A DNA stretch of 35,252 bases, taken from Acidimicrobiia bacterium (lineage in GTDB: Bacteria; Actinomycetota; Acidimicrobiia; IMCC26256; DASPTH01). This document shows positions 33,944 through 35,252 of the stretch, in pieces. Every line of letters begins with the position of its first letter. Within the stretch, counting starts at the first letter, position 1. The position numbers and the translations under genes are program-made. The notes below the pieces were generated by a model. It was not told where the DNA came from and did not search any database. It was given only the letters and a program-made list of their open reading frames with translations. Location: assembly GCA_040510575.1 (NCBI GenBank), contig JBEVIU010000059.1:1-35252 (forward strand), in the 5' to 3' direction.

Positions 33944-34591
33944 CTACCGACGCCAGAACAAGAGGTGCACGACCCCGCTGCGGCTCGGCACCTCGTCGAG
34001 GTGGTAGCGGTCGAGGAGCTCGTCGCGCGAGTTCCAGAGTCGTTCGCCGCGGCCGAGCTCGATCGGCGCCACCGCGACGTGCATCGTGTCGACGAGGTCG
34101 GCGTCGAGAAACTCGCGGATCGTCGTGACGCCACCACCGAGGCGCACGTCCTTGCCGTTGGCCGCGGCCTTGGCCTGCCGCAGCGCCTCGGCGGGTGACG
34201 CGTCGAGGAAGTGGAACGTCGTGTCGGACAACGCGAACGACGGCCGGACGTGGTGCGTGAGCACGAACACCGGCGTGTGGAACGGCGGGACGTCGCCCCA
34301 CCATCCCTTCCAGTCGTCGTTCTCCCATGGGCCGCGCTGCGGACCGAACTTGTTGCGCCCCATGATCTCCGCGCCGATGTTGTTCGCGAAGTCGCGGGTG
34401 AAGTAGTCGTCGAGGCCGCGCGAGCCACCGGGTTCGGTGCGGTTCGGCCAGCTCGCGGTGGCGCCCGCCCACGCCATGAGGTCGCCAGGGTCGGCATGCC
34501 CGAACGGCCGCTCGAGCGTCTGCCCCTCGCCGGCGCCGTAGCCGTCGCGCGACACTGCGAAGTTCTGCACCTTCAGGAGTTGTGTCATCAC
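33944..34591 (-). CDS. Dihydrofolate-reductase-family protein (RibD C-terminal domain type)
   Basis: 215 aa. KVQNFAVSRDGY...IMGRNKF...VFVLTHH...VRLGGGVTTIREFLDADLVDTMHVAVAPIELG is typical of RibD_C-family reductases. Confidence 0.8.
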   Translation of the reverse strand: MMTQLLKVQNFAVSRDGYGAGEGQTLERPFGHADPGDLMAWAGATASWPNRTEPGGSRGLDDYFTRDFANNIGAEIMGRNKFGPQRGPWENDDWKGWWGDVPPFHTPVFVLTHHVRPSFALSDTTFHFLDASPAEALRQAKAAANGKDVRLGGGVTTIREFLDADLVDTMHVAVAPIELGRGERLWNSRDELLDRYHLDEVPSRSGVVHLLFWRR

Positions 34592-34750
34592 AGCGTTGCC
34601 TCCATCTGCTTCAGCAAGCCGATCGTGCGCACTGCACCACCGTCGCGGTCATCGGCTCCTCCGCTCCAGTCCAGGTGCTCGGCTCGGGCCGAGTGCTCCA
34701 GGTAGACCGCGCGGGCGGAGCGAAATCATCGCACCGTGTTCTCGGGCGGG

Positions 34751-34792
34751 ACAGCAGACGGCCGGTCCCGCGGGACCGGCCTCGACTGCTGT
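34751..34792 (-). terminator. GC-rich compound hairpin downstream of the LivF-like gene
   Basis: ACAGCAG-ac-GGCCGGTCCC-gc-GGGACCGGCC-tcga-CTGCTGT. The inner stem is 9-10 bp and the outer stem is 7 bp. There is no U-tract. Confidence 0.45.
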
Positions 34793-34842
34793 TCAGATGG
34801 TGGCGGGGAACTCGATGCCGAACAGGTCACACAACGGTGTCC
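34793..34842 (-). pseudogene. 17-codon N-terminal stub resembling nitronate monooxygenase (NMO/2-nitropropane dioxygenase)
   Basis: MRTPLCDLFGIEFPATI* matches the characteristic NMO N-terminus (M.T.L..L.GIE.P...). GGAAGA lies 4 nt upstream, and the stop abuts the hairpin. Confidence 0.35.
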
Positions 34843-34868
34843 TCATCACATCTTCCAGATTGATGGTT

Positions 34869-35252
34869 TCACGGTGGAACCGGTAGGGAACCGGTCGCGA
34901 GACCCTTCGTCGCGCCCTCGAGGAACACCGAGCGCAACAGGTCGGGGCGCTCGACCAGCTCGCTCGTGACGCCGTCGAAGCGGACCTGGCCACGTTCCAT
35001 GAAGTAGGCGTGGTTCACGAGCGTGAGCGCGACGTTCACCGACTGCTCGACGACGACGACGGCCGTTCCCGTGTCGTTGATGCGGCGCACCATCGCCACG
35101 AGTTGGCTCACGATCAGCGGCGCGAGCCCGAGCGACAGCTCGTCAATGAGCAGCAGGCGAGGCTGCAGCAGGAACGCCTTCCCGAGCGCCAACATCTGCT
35201 GTTCACCGCCCGACAGCGTCGCCGCGGGCTGGTTCCTCCGCTCGGCCAGCAC
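34869..35252 (-). CDS. Branched-chain-amino-acid-type ABC transporter ATP-binding protein (LivF-like), 5'-truncated by window edge
   Basis: LSGGEQQMLALGKAF, LLLIDELSLGLAP and VVVVEQSVNVAL are present. Only the C-terminal roughly 127 aa is visible. Confidence 0.85.
   Translation of the reverse strand: MLAERRNQPAATLSGGEQQMLALGKAFLLQPRLLLIDELSLGLAPLIVSQLVAMVRRINDTGTAVVVVEQSVNVALTLVNHAYFMERGQVRFDGVTSELVERPDLLRSVFLEGATKGLATGSLPVPP

Noticed and set aside
1-35252. Scan for CRISPR arrays, transposases/IS ends, integrases, tRNA/rRNA genes and known defence-system hallmarks
   Set aside because: I saw no repeat-spacer periodicity, no DDE/tyrosine-recombinase-like ORFs, no tRNA-like cloverleaf candidates, and no nuclease/helicase/methylase combinations. 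The only tandem repeats are the short ones reported.

Overview
This is a very GC-rich (about 70% by eye), gene-dense chromosomal segment. The gene content looks actinobacterial: mycothiol-type DinB/MDMPI enzymes, an LLM oxidoreductase, a stand-alone LigD polymerase, a WYL regulator and an ECF sigma factor with a C-terminal extension.

Main blocks, left to right:
1. An Opu-type compatible-solute ABC importer whose CBS-domain ATPase gene is transcribed divergently from the permease and binding-protein genes.
2. soxR, divergent from an MsbA-like ABC exporter, with a near-consensus SoxR box inside a 19-bp-spacer MerR-type promoter.
3. An 11-gene minus-strand urea-utilisation unit, urtABCDE-ureABCFGD, with no ureE. 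It is tightly coupled by GTGA overlaps and faces a hupE/ureJ nickel permease gene.
4. Miscellaneous redox and lipid genes, plus a stand-alone LigD primase-polymerase.
5. A YciI plus ECF-sigma module.
6. A DinB / WYL-regulator / MDMPI trio.
7. An igr-like pair of acyl-CoA dehydrogenase subunits plus two MaoC hydratase subunits.
8. A partner-switching island (RsbW-like kinase, STAS antagonist, GlsB, GAF-PP2C phosphatase, and an uncharacterised 219-aa protein). It has no sigma gene, but each transcription unit carries a sigmaB/F-like promoter motif.

Several gene stubs or frameshifted genes are present. I saw no tRNA, rRNA, CRISPR array, transposase or recognisable defence system. Most long ORFs in the six-frame track are antisense or off-frame high-GC artefacts, or over-extended chimeras of adjacent real genes. 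Nothing here is demonstrably a new system. The best candidate for unexplored biology is the orphan partner-switching island with its coupled unknown gene.
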